Below are positions 1 through 15,895 of a stretch of DNA of 64,000 nt, in pieces. The notes under the pieces are model-generated. The model searched no databases. It saw only the letters and a program-made list of their open reading frames with translations, and was not told where the DNA came from. The DNA is from the human T2T-CHM13v2.0 reference genome, Homo sapiens. The DNA lies in NCBI RefSeq assembly GCF_009914755.1, contig NC_060927.1; one strand, 5' to 3'. Positions within the stretch are counted from its first letter, which is position 1. Every line of letters starts with the position of its first letter. The translations under genes and the position numbers were made by a program.

Positions 1-1905
1 TGGAGCGGATTTCAGTGGAGGTGGAGAAAGTGTCAGGTGGGGCACAGAGGGAGCAAGGACAAGGAGGGCAGAGCACCAGGCACATGTGGGCAAGAAGAAG
101 GAGGAGGAGAGCTGGAAAGGAGGGTGGGGCCAGATCTGAAGGCCACCGGAGTGCTGGAGTACTGTTCTCTGTTTCACAGGCAAAGAGGAGCTGCTGAAGA
201 TTATAGGGATAAGGGCAGAAGCATCTTAGAGAAGCTGAGAGTACCAGAGGAGTGAGATGGAGACCAGGAGACCAGGAGACCATGGAGGAGGCTGGTGCAG
301 GGCTGTGGACACAGAGGGGAGACTCAGAGACAGCTCTGGAGGCTGAGGCTTGTGGGGCCATTTCTTTTGGGAGAAAGCCACCCAGGAAGGAAGTCCCTTC
401 TGTCCCTGGCAACCCACATCAGCACTTCATAGCACAGATGGAAAGTTCTGCCTACCCTAAATCAAACGTGCAATATCTCAGTCTCAGATTCCCACGCCAC
501 TGGGCCAACATCCACTGAATGCAGTAAATGGGTGAAAGCCAAATCGTGGAAAGGTTAACAGCGTGGTCCTGGTGGACTTGGGAGCCAGAACACCCCTGCT
601 GCACCCCACCAGCTCTGTCCTGATGAGCTTTGTCCTCTGCCCCTGGAGCCCATTCCCTGTCTGTGCAACTGGGACCTTAGCAGTCACAGTGACAGTGTCC
701 ACATATGCTGGGCCCTGGCCGGGCACGAGGTCTGCTCCAGGCTCTTTCCCCACACTGATCCAGGTGGACCATGGGAGGTCCACATGGCCCCGTGGCAGGG
801 GGCGTGGAGACCACATTTTACGGAGGGAGGGTAGAGCCTGCACTTATGGAGCTGTCCGGAGGGTGACACGCATCAACACACGGCAAGCACAGCTTCAGTG
901 TGAACTTTGCCCTGGAGAGGGGATGCAGAAAGTCCCCACAGAGCCTGAAGAAACAGCCATGGAGATCTTCAGGAAAGACCCTGGGAGGTAGAGAGGAGGT
1001 GGGGGAAGACGGACCGGGGAGGTTGGGAGACAGTCCTGTGAGCTGCCAGCATGAGGCGGAGGTTGCGCAGGGGGCCTGTGGGAACAGCACTGCGGAAAGA
1101 GGGAACAGCCTTTTCCCTGGCTCCAAGCTCTGGGGTGGCAATATCAGCGCTACTGCTATGCCTGGAAAGGACCACGCTGATGAACCCCTCCTCCCCTCCC
1201 CTCCACTCACCTGTGTGTGGTCTTGGGCAAGGCCCCCATGCCCACGAAGCTGTAGCTTTCCTGACAGAGGGGTCAGCCTGGCCCAGCTCTGAAGTCAGCT
1301 CCACCCCTGACCCAAGGCAATGACTGAGTTGAACAGGATCACAGTGCCTCTAACTCTCCCGGGCCATGGCTGGCATCTTCCATGGCACATTCTATGCTCA
1401 CACACAGGTGCTTTTCCCACAAGATTCCAGGGAGCCACTGGGAGGCTGGCTGGTGCCCGCTCAAAGCATCAAGCTGTTCCTAGCCCCTAACCCCGGGCCT
1501 GAGAGCCCACCCCTCAGCCTTTGCAGTGATCGTGCCCAAAAGGGCTGGAGGAAGGGGAGAGCCCTAAGGAACAGGTGCTGAGCCCTGTGAGTTGGGGTCC
1601 TGGCCAGGATGTCATTTCACAGAGAAGGCCCAAGCACCCAGGACATGGCCTAGTGGGACTCCCAGGAGCCACACTCTCATGACCATTCCCTTCCTGCCCC
1701 CTTGCTAGAAATGACCACAGCAGGGAGCCCTGGCCCAGCTGTGGCCCTGAGCCTGGAACACAGGACAGGCCAGTTTTGCTGGCAGGGAGGTAGGACCCAA
1801 GTCAGGGCTAGGGTCTTGGGCGCCTATTAGGACAGTCTCCAAAGGTGGCAGGGGCCTGGGGGAGAGACTGAGTTGGGACTGACCACCTGGTGCCTTGAAG
1901 CCCTA

Positions 1906-2246
<341 letters not shown>

Positions 2247-2630
2247 CTAGACAACTCGAGAAGGTAGGGCTCAACCCTTTGTTGCACAAGGCTGTGAGCT
2301 CCTGATCCTTGGCGCTGTCTGCACAGACAGGCACCAACTCTGTGCCTCCTCTGGAGTCAGGCAGCCAGGATTCCAGTCCTGCCTCTGACCCACTCCCAGG
2401 TAGATTATTTCCTTGTTGGCAAAGTGGGGCTAATAATAGCACTAGTCTCATTAGGCTATTGTGAGGATTAAACGAATTGATGGCCAACAAAGACAACATT
2501 GCTGCTGCCATTACCCCCATCCTCTCCTTCCTCCTGCCTCCCCCCACCCCCCACCATGTAAGCCTTTCTCCACTTCCTTTTTCTTTCTAAAAAGAAACAT
2601 AAAACTAGGCATCCACCTGGTCAGACATGG

Positions 2631-2932
<302 letters not shown>

Positions 2933-4069
2933 AGACATGCTTTATAAAAATAAAAAAAGGTGAAGCGCAGAGCTCCCTGGAGGCTTTGCCGGCCAAGGGG
3001 AGCCGCTCACACCCACAGCATTGTCCCTTTGTGGGATCTCACCGCTCCTCCTTACCAAAGAGCCTAAAGTGCTGGGCACTGTCCCAGCTCCACGATCTAG
3101 GTGAGGACGCAGAGGCCCATGCGGTGAGGTCGTTTGCCCAAGATCACACAGCTCAGACATGCCAGTGGGGCTGCCCTACTCTCTGTGCTGGGGTCCCTTG
3201 GTGGGGTCCCCAGTGAGACTTCACTCATCATCTGTCATTTATTCATTCCTCCTTCATCTTTGTGTTTCCTGATGGACCTCACATCTCTTAGAGAAATGCG
3301 CAGACTGTCCCATTTACTTCTGCCACCCCCAGTCCCTAGCACAGAAGGCAATCCTGGACGGAAGCTGAAGAAACACATACATAAGACAGTGTTTGAAAAC
3401 ATAATATGCATGTGCTTCAGCCCTTCACGTGTGCATGTGGCTTCCTCCTTGAGCCACTTCCAGCACCTCCACTCCATGGAATCCCATCTCGCTAGGGCCA
3501 GGGAGGGCTGATCTCCAGGTAGGCACATCCACATCACCTGTTAATCCTCTTGCACTGAACCTTCCTTCGACTCTGTTCACCTCCCTCCCTCCTGATTCCC
3601 ACGCTCTTCTTTTGGCTTCCATGACACTCCGTCTTCTGGTTTCCTTCAGCCTCCTGCCATTCCTCTTCAGGCTTTTTTATGAGCTCCTCTTCTGAGACTG
3701 ACTCCTTTGAAGTTGGAATTCTTGTCTCTCTTAATGAATGCTTTTCCTGGGTGTTCTTGTGAGTTCCCCATGGTCTAACACCCTGGTCAAGGAAGGCTTT
3801 CCTGAGGGACATCTAACCCCAAAGCACCAACAGGAGCCTCTCCCTTAACCAAGGCAAGGAGAAGGGAACCAGTCCCGGGTGAAATGTAATAGTAGTAAAA
3901 ATCACCATGAGGAGAGGCTTCCTTCCTTTTCTTTGGGTCGATAACAAGTATTTTGACACAGAAGCAGGAGAATATCAGCATTTATTGGGCATCCTTTGTG
4001 CCGGGCACTGTCCAAAGTGTCATCTTATTTACTCCTCACCAGCCTAGAGAGGATTGGAGTGGAAGGTGT

Positions 4070-4480
4070 TTGTTAGCTTAATCTGTGTAACAAGCTATCC
4101 AGAAAGTAAGGGGTTTCAACAATAAAGATCTATTTGGCTGTCAGTTCTGCAGGTTGGCCGTCTGGGCTTGGCTCAGTTGGGTGGGTCTGCTGCTGGCCTG
4201 GAGGGGCTCCTTATGAGCAGGTAGTCAGCGGGTGGGCCTCCCCCCACATGGCCTCTGGTCCCCATGGCAAGGGAAATACAAAAATTAGCCGGGTGTGTTG
4301 GCAGGCGCCTGTAATCTCAGCTACTCTTGGTGTCAAGAGCAGAAGCTGAGAGGCCTCTAGGCACCCATGTTCCCACCACATTCTCTTACCCCAAGCAAGA
4401 CACAGGGTCAGCCCAGATGCATCCTGCCTCTTGACGGGGAGGGCTGTCAAGTATTATGGCCACTTCCCAATCTGCCACGT
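4070..4480. mobile_element. Old MaLR (MLT1-like) LTR interrupted by a 53-bp Alu fragment (4274-4326)
   Basis: MLT1-like words (cagttctgcaggttggc, ccacatggcctct, cctcttgacgggga); the Alu fragment is unambiguous. Confidence 0.55.
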
Positions 4481-5379
4481 GGTCACCCAGCTAGTAGGAA
4501 CAAAACGGCCAGGTGGATTCCCAGTCCAGCACCCGCTCCACAGACCCAGACTGAGGTACCTTTGTTCGGCTCCTTTCTATGGGTAGAGCTCAGGCCTTTG
4601 AGACTGGAGAGACAGGCCTCACCAGGAGGGCTGCTCCAAGGGTCCCAGGCAGGCCGGTGACAAGCAGGGGCTTGACTGAAGAGGAGGATTAAGGGCACTA
4701 AATCTGTCCCTCGGGCTTGAAGGATGGCCAAGGCACAGGGCACCTGGCCAAATGCAGGTCTCCGAGGAAAGGGGACAAGTGCGCCAGCTTTGCCACCCTG
4801 GCCCAAGGGAACTCTGGGCCCCCAGCACACACCAGACACCCTGCTGGGTCCCAGGAGCCGATGGTAAGCCATGCAGACCTGGTCTTCACCCCAACTAGCA
4901 GCACACACAGATGCCACAGGCACCATCCCTCAAATGATGTTTCCACTTAAGGACCAAGGCTGTGAAATGAAGGGGCTTTGGGGCCTGCCTGGGTGGAACT
5001 CCATCCTTCCTACTTTCTAGCTGTCAGACCTTGGGCCAGTTACTTCTCTCTCTGAGCTCTGATTTCCTCCTTATGAAATGTGTTTGGAAATTATGCCTTC
5101 TTCCCAGGTAATGAGGATTTGAGAAGACAGCGCGTAAAGTACTTCTCTCCAGCCCAGCACATGGACACAGTCTAGAAAGTCAGCCATCATCAACTATAGC
5201 CCAGAGTCCACAGTTCCCTTTCCAAGTTCCTGAGTCCAAATGTGTCTGGCTATCAGAAGGACAACTCGGAGCATGTTCCATAAGTGTTACACGTCACCCC
5301 AGTGGGGTGTGGAGTCGCTTCCCATAATCAATCACATTGATATTTCTACAGCAAAATCTATGACTATTCACAGTAGGTG

Positions 5380-5540
5380 GGCTGGACATGATAGCTCAAG
5401 CCTGTAATTCCAACCCTTTGGGAGGCCAAGGCAGGAGGATCACTTGAGTGATCAAGGAGTTCAAAACCAGCCAGGGCAACATAGCGAGAGCCCCATCTCT
5501 AAAAAATAAAGAAGAAGAAAGAAAGAAAGAAAAGAAAAAG
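5380..5540 (+). mobile_element. Alu left monomer (FLAM-like) with GAAA tail
   Basis: Left-arm consensus only. Confidence 0.85.
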
Positions 5541-5645
5541 AACCACAGTATATGAGCTAAATTGTTTCTAAATAGTTTCACAAAATTTCAAGTTTTGCCA
5601 CCAAATTTGGGTTTTTGTTTTGTTTTGTTTTTCAAAACTTTTTGA

Positions 5646-5993
<348 letters not shown>

Positions 5994-6610
5994 TAATTCT
6001 TAGTGACTCTCAACCTTGGCTGTGTATGAGAGTGAGCTGGGGAGTTTCTTAAAGGCAGACTCTTGGACCTCACACCACACCACATGAATCCATCTCAGGG
6101 GGTGAGACATCTCTTTAAGAAGCTCCTAAGATGAGTCTGATGTGGACCCCAGGATGAACCATGGTTCTATAGATTATGAAACAGGAATGCGGTGGGGTCT
6201 TGCTCACATAGGGAGTACCAGGGAAGACTTCCCCAAGGACAGGACCAAAGGATGCACAGAAACCTGCCAAGTGAAGGGTGTCAGAATGTTCCCAGCAGAA
6301 GGAACAGTGTGAGCAAGCTCCCTGTGGTCAGAAGGGAGGCAGCTGCGAGTCAGAGGAACTGAAAGGTCCCCAGAGTGGTGGAAGCCTGGGAGCAAAAGGC
6401 GACACTGCCCAAGCTGAGTTCTCCTGCTTCCTCTGCAGCTGAGACGGGGACCGTTCCTGAGGGGGAAATCTGTGTAAACAGGCAAATAGACACTTTCTTC
6501 CCAGAGAAAATTAAGCAGCAGCCCTGGTCCTTTCTTCCTAGCCAGAGCAGGAGGGTACATTAAAATCAGAATGTGTGGGGCTGGGAGGAGACACAGATCC
6601 TCTAACCTAA

Positions 6611-6910
<300 letters not shown>

Positions 6911-7251
6911 TAACCTGATGATTTTAAAGTGCTTTTATCTTTAAAATTATTTGGGTGCCTTTTAGTCAAACAATTTTGCCACTGCCCCTATAGTGGTTGG
7001 AGCAAAGTGGAGGTGATGTTGGGTGTCTGGAGATCTGGATCTCCCCAGATCTCCTAGGGACTCTATGGAACCCAGTTTGAAAATCCTAGGGAACCATGAC
7101 TCAGGGAGAGACGTTGGGATTGTCCAAGTCGCCCCCAGCCACCCTGCACAGGGCCGGAGTCCCTCTCCCAAGAGATTGGCCTGAGCAGCTCTCCCCAGAC
7201 TTTTAGCTGTCAGGTCTTCCTGCATAAATTTTCCTTTTGCTGCAACCCATC

Positions 7252-7693
7252 TGTTATGGGTCACGTTGTGTTTCCTCCAAAAGAGATGTTGAAGTCCTAA
7301 CTCCTGCTACCTGTGAATGTGACCTTATTTGGAGATAGTGTCCTTGCAGATGTAATCAAGTTAAGATGACGTCATTAGGGTGGGTCCTAATGCAATAGAC
7401 TAGAGTCCTTATAAGAAGAGGAAAATTTGGACACAGGGACACAGAGGAAGATGGCTATGTGATGACAGAGGCCAGGAGTGCAGTGACGCAGCTGCAAGCC
7501 AAGGAACGCCAAGAACTGAGAGAGGCCACCAGATGCCAGGAAGAGGCAAAGAAGGATTCCACCAGGAGCCTCAGAGGGAGCCACCACCTTGACTTAGGAC
7601 TCCAGCCTCTGGATTGTGCGAGAACACATTTCTGTTGTTTTAAGCCACCAGGTTTGTGGCACTTCATCACAGCAGCCCTAGGAAACAAACTCA
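7252..7693 (+). mobile_element. MaLR solo LTR (MLT1B/C-like)
   Basis: tgtgaatgtgaccttatttggagatag, gcagatgtaatcaagttaagatga, tttctgttgttttaagccacc...gcagccctaggaaac are typical MLT1 words. Confidence 0.88.
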
Positions 7694-7971
7694 CCTCCTA
7701 AATCATTATTCATTTAATTTTTTTTTTCAAACAGACTCACTTCTAAACAACTTGCACACATTTTGCCAAAAAGTAAAGCTTTCATCGCTGCTACAAATGC
7801 AAGACCACAATCCTTTCTATAAATAGAAGACGCCTTAAAAATGCACACAATGAAAACCAGCCAACCTTGCTGGCTGCAGGTGCTCGATGGCTCTGATCTG
7901 GGGCCGCTTTTGTTCATAAAGGAGATGAGCAAGTGACCAAGGGGGTGAAGATGCTGGAGCACTTCACTGAG

Positions 7972-8345
<374 letters not shown>

Positions 8346-8389
8346 TGAGCAACTGAATAAATGAGAATTGAAAAGGGAAAATTTATAAT

Positions 8390-8911
<522 letters not shown>

Positions 8912-9689
8912 GAGAAAAACTCCCTTATTACCTGAATACGTCTCATTCTGGGATGCTTCTCATGATTGAGGCTTCAGGGGTGGATGTCCCATCCCTGCCC
9001 ACCTTCCCTCTATGTTTGAGGGAATTGATGCCCAGAAAGGTTCAGTCATTTGTCCACAGTCACACAGCAAGTTACCTGCCAAGTCTGGATCTGGGCCAAA
9101 CTCCTATGTGCTTTCCAGGAAATCGCATGTTAGATATTTCTTGGTCCCATTCAGAAGTCCCAAGTCATGCATGGTGGCTATGAGCTGAGCACATGGACAC
9201 AGCAGGGCATTAAACCCTGAAGGCTGAACAAACAGATTCAGTGTGTGTGTCGTAAGCACGAGCAGTGACAGCCGGTGGATTGCAGAATTATGACTGTGCT
9301 CCAAGGCAGCTGGACTTGGGCAAAATTTGGCTCACACAAAAGGTTATTATAACCCAAGTGAAGATTTTTTTTCCTTCTCACTTCCCTAGTCCATCAGTAA
9401 GGAAAAGCGGGGTGCCTGCAGGCAGCCGTCCTGCATCTTGTCAGTAAGGTCACACAGTAAATGACAGAGGTCATAGGGCTCATGTCCAAAACCAGACACC
9501 CCTTTCACCCTCGTCCTGGCTGTGTGGCGATCTCCTTCCTGCCCTATCTCTGCTGCTCTGTCATCTCCTCTTAGCTTTTGTTGCTCCTCTGGCCCACGGG
9601 AAGGAGCAGGGCTCATAGCTTAGGGTCTGATACACTTAGATTCAAATCCCAGCTCATCCACGAAATGGATCCCTCCTCCCAGGCTATTA

Positions 9690-10180
<491 letters not shown>

Positions 10181-12044
10181 CACAAATTGTATGTCTTTCC
10201 ATGACCAGCCCTTTCCTGCATTCGGCTCTGCATTGGTGCTGTGTGGGAGGCACTAGGACTACCCTTAGGCCCCAGACAGAGGAGCCCATGCCTATGGGTT
10301 CCCAGAGGGGCCCTCCTGTGGCTGCACACCTTCCCACAAGGTCATATACACATTCCACAGGGTCCAGGGGATGTGACCATCATAAGCCAGCGCCCTCTAG
10401 CTTCTAAATTGAACCCTGGGTACCCCAGGCCCCAGAGTCCCTGCCCGTGGGCCTCTCCCCCATTCATTCAGCTGAGGGCGGAGAGGCACACTGGTGTGTA
10501 CCCAGGCTTAGGGGGGAAAGGTGGGCTGTGCTTGGGGGCTGAGCTTGAATGGAAGGTGGGTTGTCCCTCTGCATGGACCAGAGCTGCTCAAGGGGTAGGA
10601 CGGAGCTTGGAATGGCAGGAGAGGAGGGGTGAGGGGCAGGCCACAGGCCAGGGCCTCAGATGGGGGCTGGCACTCCCCAGCCACCGCTTGCAGGATCCAG
10701 CTCCAAGGAGCCTGGGAATTTACATTCTAAGCTGGCCTCCAGCTCACCATGAAAATAAGCACACCAAGGCGGGAGGGCAGGGTGGTTTGTACCTAACAGC
10801 GTATTAGCCTGACATATAACTTTTCAATACTGAGACAGTATTTGCAGCATTTGTTGTCTCGGGGTAGAACTCTGCCAGTGTCAGGGGTGTCCTGGTGTCA
10901 TCCCAGTGGTTTTCTCGACCACTGACCCACAGGGGACAACACATTTATCAAATAAGGAAAGTGCTGGGCCCGAGCCTTTCAATACACAAGTGTAGAATAA
11001 CAGGCTTAAAGGCTACAAATAGCATCAAAGCACGAGGGATGATAATGCCTCTAGAGACCAGGTTCAAGTTCCCATGTGGCAAATGTCACCTCCACCCGAG
11101 GTGCCACTTGCACAACAAGGGTATTAACTTCTCTCCTTCCCCAGGGCCTGTCTAGGATCCCCTTTGGTAACCTGGACCTGTCTCTTCCCTTCCCATACTC
11201 CAGAATGAGCCCCTGGGCCCAGGTCAAGCACCTGAGACTCAGATGGACAACCTCCTGTGCCCCCTGCCCCTCTCTTCTTGCTCATTCTTGCTGGTTTTGT
11301 CATCCTGGCAGAAATCATCAGAATGACAGTGATAATTATGAACACTCACCTTGTGCAGGCTCTGACCTTCACATTCACCCTAGACGGGGCTCTAGTGCCA
11401 TCCTCATTTTACAGATGGACAAAATGAGGCTCAATTTGGGGCTGATCCTGTGCCTAAGGTCACAGTTGGTAAGAGGCAGATCCTGGAATTGAACACACAT
11501 CTCTCTGAATCCCAGATCCCACACATCTGCCCCCAAGGCTAGAAACCACAGATCAGAGGGACCTTCTGGGCATTGCGCTGTGTCATGGGACAAGTCACTT
11601 GCTGACCTCTGTTTCCCTGGGGAAGTGGCTTTGGGGAATACCTGGGGTCATCTAGAGCTGAGGGATCCTGGGAATCCAGGAGTGGAGCTGGGGCAGCCTG
11701 AGAACGGGGCCCACCCCACCCCGGCTCAGATGACCAGTCCCGAGGGCCCAATCAGGTCAGCCTTGGATCAGGCCATAAGTGGGAACAAAATAGTCAGGGA
11801 ACTCTCCTCTCCCGCTTTGTTTATGGTCTGGGAGCTGAGAATATTTTGAATTGTTGTGTTTGGGGAGGGAGGGAGAAATAACCAAATATAAGAAGGCAGT
11901 CACTGGGAGGCCTGGGCAAGAATGCAGAGGAATCAGGCCTGCCTGGGGATGTCTGGGCCACCTCGGAGGCCCAGCACCCTCTAGCTCAAGGATCCGGCAC
12001 TGATGAGACATTCACGTTGCCTGGAGAGCTTTATTTTAAACAAC

Positions 12045-12093
12045 GAAGGAGAAAGAAGAAAAGAAGAAGAAGGAGAAGGAGAAGAAAAAGAAG
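12045..12093. repeat. GAA/GGA-rich purine tract
   Basis: gaaggagaaagaagaaaagaagaagaaggagaaggagaagaaaaagaag. Confidence 0.8.
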
Positions 12094-12109
12094 CAGCAGC
12101 CGCCACCAC

Positions 12110-12475
12110 CATCTCATGCCCATTTAAATGAGAATTTCTGAGCGTGGGACCCCAGGCATCAGATTTTTTTCAGTTTCTCCTTGGGCCACCAAGGTTGAGA
12201 ACTGGTACCTCCTGTAGCAGTGGTTCTGAAACGCCAGCTGCCTCGGAAGCTCCTGGAGGGCTTGTTAGATAGGACTGTGTCCCACCACAGAGTTTCTGAT
12301 TCAGGAGGTCTGGGTTGGGCTGGGGCTTTGCTTTTCTAACAAGTTCCCAGGTGAAGCTGCTAGTCTGGGGGCCAGACTTTGAGAGCCTCTCGCCTGCATT
12401 CTCAGGACTCCTTTTGTGGCTTGTGGACCCACAGCCTGGGGTGTCTCCCAGAAGCTTGTTAGAAATTCAGAATCT
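12110..12475. mobile_element. MER5-type hAT DNA transposon fragments; the last one continues at 13681-13785
   Basis: cagtggttctgaaac, agagtttctgattcaggaggtctggg, ttctaacaagttcccaggtga, gcttgttagaaattcagaatct...ccccaccccagacctgctgagtca. Confidence 0.75.
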
Positions 12476-12600
12476 TGGCGCAGTAGCTCACACCTGTAAT
12501 ACCAGCATTTGAGGAGGCTAAGGCTGGAGGATTGCTTGAGCCCAGAAGTTTGAGATCAACCTGGGCAACATAGAGACACCTAGTCTCTAGTTAAAAAAGC
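12476..12600 (+). mobile_element. Alu left monomer (FLAM/AluJ-like)
   Basis: Left-arm consensus ending in ttaaaaaag. Confidence 0.85.
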
Positions 12601-12601
12601 A

Positions 12602-12713
12602 GTCTATGGCCATACTACCAGGAACGTGCCTGATCTCGGAAGCTAAGCAGGTTTGGGCCTGGTTAGTACTTAGATGGGAGACCACCTGGGAATAACGGGT
12701 GCTGTAGGCTTTT
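12602..12713 (+). pseudogene. 5S rRNA pseudogene (possibly RNA5SP124, name unverified)
   Basis: GTCTATGGCCATACTACC...GGAAGCTAAGCAGG...GGTTAGTACTTAGATGGGAGACC...GCTGTAGGCTTTT aligns to human 5S rRNA with a 10-nt deletion and about 10 substitutions. Confidence 0.95.
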
Positions 12714-12718
12714 GGCTT

Positions 12719-13030
<312 letters not shown>

Positions 13031-13032
13031 TG

Positions 13033-13680
<648 letters not shown>

Positions 13681-14059
13681 AGAAATTCAGAATCTCCAAC
13701 CCCACCCCAGACCTGCTGAGTCAAATTCGTATGTTAACAACATCCTGTCGTGAGTATATGCACTTTTCAGTTGAAGCAGGGCTGGAAGGTCACCTTGGCT
13801 AACCTCATGCCATCCATGGGGAGACTGAGGCAGAGGGAGGTGGAGGTCCCTCTGGGTTACACAGCCACTAAGGATCCACTCAGGGCTTGGAACCAGGTCT
13901 CTGCAGGGGAGATGGGGAGGGGAGGGGGCTCTTGTGGGTGGAGCCGAATGCACAGTCTTAAAGACTGGCCCCTTTCTCCATAGCTAAACAAATGGTTAGT
14001 TTTGCAGTTTGTGGAATGGGGGTGGGAGCGTGGGGGAAAATTGTAGGCAGCTCCAGCTC

Positions 14060-14640
14060 CGTTCATTCAGCAGAATTTGTTGGACATCTGCCATGGGGCT
14101 GGCCACTGCTGTAGGCCCTGGGGACACATGAAGTGGGCAGTCTAGTGTGAAAACAGACATAAACAGGTCAATATGTAAATGATCAAGGTCCACTCACCCA
14201 TTATCCAAGTTAGAATGAGAATAAAATGAGGCGATGGCTCAGGGCTGGTGCAGGGCAGGCAGGAGGCAGCCGGGGCTGTCTGAGACATGGTGGTCTGGGA
14301 AGGTCTCTGGGGATGAGACACTGGAGCTGAGGCCTAGGGAGAAGGAGCCAGACCTGGGAAGGGCTGAGGGGAAGAGCCTGGGGCAGGGAGCAAGACAGGG
14401 GCAAAGGCCCTGAGGCAGAGAGAGGGGAGCCTGGAGTTGGAGGGAAAGCCAGGGGGCCAGAGAGGCTGGGAGTGAGGGAGGCAGAGGAGGAGAGTGGCGG
14501 AGGGTCAGGTAGGGGGTATCTCAGAGGCTGCCAGGAGTGTGGCTTAGTGGCAGTGTGGTGGGGGCCATGAGGTGGTTCAAAGCAGGAAGGAAGCCTGAGT
14601 GGGTCTGGGGGTTTTCCTTGGGATTTTTACTGAGGTCTAC
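14060..14640 (-). mobile_element. L2 fragment
   Basis: ttcattcagcagaatttgttg...aggcagccgggg...ggcaaaggccctgaggcag, typical L2 3' region. Confidence 0.6.
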
Positions 14641-14721
14641 ACTTCCTACAGTGAAACGCGACAGCACACACTGGAGTGACCTGCCCCAGGTAAGGATGGA
14701 GCCCCTTCCCATCCCGCAGGT

Positions 14722-15320
14722 TCTCTCATACCCCACCCACCCCACACCACCCCACCCCACCTCACCCCACCCCACCCCATCCTCCACCCTACCCCCCACC
14801 CCACCTCACCCCACCTCACCCCACCCCACCCCACCCCATCTCCCAACCCACCCTCCCACCCCACCTCATCCCAGCCCACCCCATCTCCCATCCCACCCCC
14901 CCACTTCACCTCACCCCACCCCACCTCATCCCACCCACTCCACCCCATCCCACACCCCACCCCACACCCCACCCCATCTCCCATCCCACCCCCCACCCCA
15001 CCTCATCCCACCCCACCCCATCTCCCACCCCACCTCACCTCACCCCACCCCACCCCACCCCATCCCACACCCCACCCCATCCCATCCCACCCCACCTCAC
15101 CCCACCCCACCCCATCCTCCACCCCACCCCCCACCCCACCTCATCCCACCCCCCATCTCCCATCCCATGCTCCCACTTCACCTCACCCCACCCCACCTCA
15201 TCCCACCCACCCCACCCCATCCCACACCCCACCTCACCCCACCCCACCCGACCCCACCCCAGCCCACCTCACCCCACCCCATCCCCCACCCCACTCCACC
15301 TCACCCCATCCCACTTCACC
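14722..15320. repeat. (CCCCA)n-type degenerate tandem repeat, ~600 bp
   Basis: Array of CCCCA/CCTCA/TCCCA pentamers, almost G-free on the + strand. Confidence 0.95.
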
Positions 15321-15399
15321 TCTGGAGGCAACCACTGCTCCTATTCCCATGGCCCTCAATTCACTCTGCCTGACTTTGAAGGCCATGTAAAGGGACCCA

Positions 15400-15733
15400 C
15401 TGCAGGGCATCTGGTCTGTGGCTCTGGCTTCTCTCACTGGGCTCGGTGTTTTGGAGACAAACTCCGCTGCTCCCTTGGTTTGGAGCCTCTCGTAGCCGGT
15501 TCCTTTTCACCTGTGAGTTGCAGTCCTTCCATCTGTTTTTCCATTCTATTGATAGATACAACCAGGGCTGTTTCCGTTTTGGACTGTATGAATACCACTG
15601 CCATTCACAAGTCTTTGGGTGAACAAATATTTTCATTTCTTTCTGGCCAATTACCTGAGCGTGCAATTGCTGGCTCATAGTGTTGTGTTTAATCTTACAA
15701 TAAATTTATAACCTTATCAGAAACTGCCAGAGT
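15400..15733 (-). mobile_element. Old L1 (L1M) 3' fragment
   Basis: gggctgtttccgttttggactgtatgaata...ttttcatttctttctgg...aattgctggctcatag. Confidence 0.7.
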
Positions 15734-15895
15734 AGCTGGGTGTGGTGGTGTGCCTATAGCCCCGGTTACTTAGGAGGCTGAGGTGCGAGGATCACTGGAG
15801 CCCAGGAGTTCAAGGCCAGTTTGGGCAACACAGCATTTTTTAGAGACTTTGTCTCAGAAAAAAAAAGAGAAAAAAGAAAGAAAAGAAAAGAAGAG
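15734..15895 (+). mobile_element. Alu right monomer (FRAM-like)
   Basis: Right-arm consensus; TSD agaaact(g/a)cca. Confidence 0.8.

Noticed and set aside
439-449. TonE-consensus match TGGAAAGTTCT
   Set aside because: Isolated; several chance matches are expected in 64 kb and there is no supporting cluster
12602-12713. Functional 5S rRNA gene
   Set aside because: 10-nt deletion, substitutions in and near the internal control region (box C TGGATGGGAG to TAGATGGGAG), CpG decay, solitary copy among Alus
14784-14796. PRDM9 13-mer match CCACCCTACCCCC
   Set aside because: A degenerate C-rich motif is expected by chance in a C-rich repeat
14537-15373. 278-aa Pro/His/Thr-rich ORF (extensin-like)
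   Set aside because: Translation of the CCCCA repeat, which cannot contain stops; begins in an L2 fragment at a non-ATG codon; no gene structure
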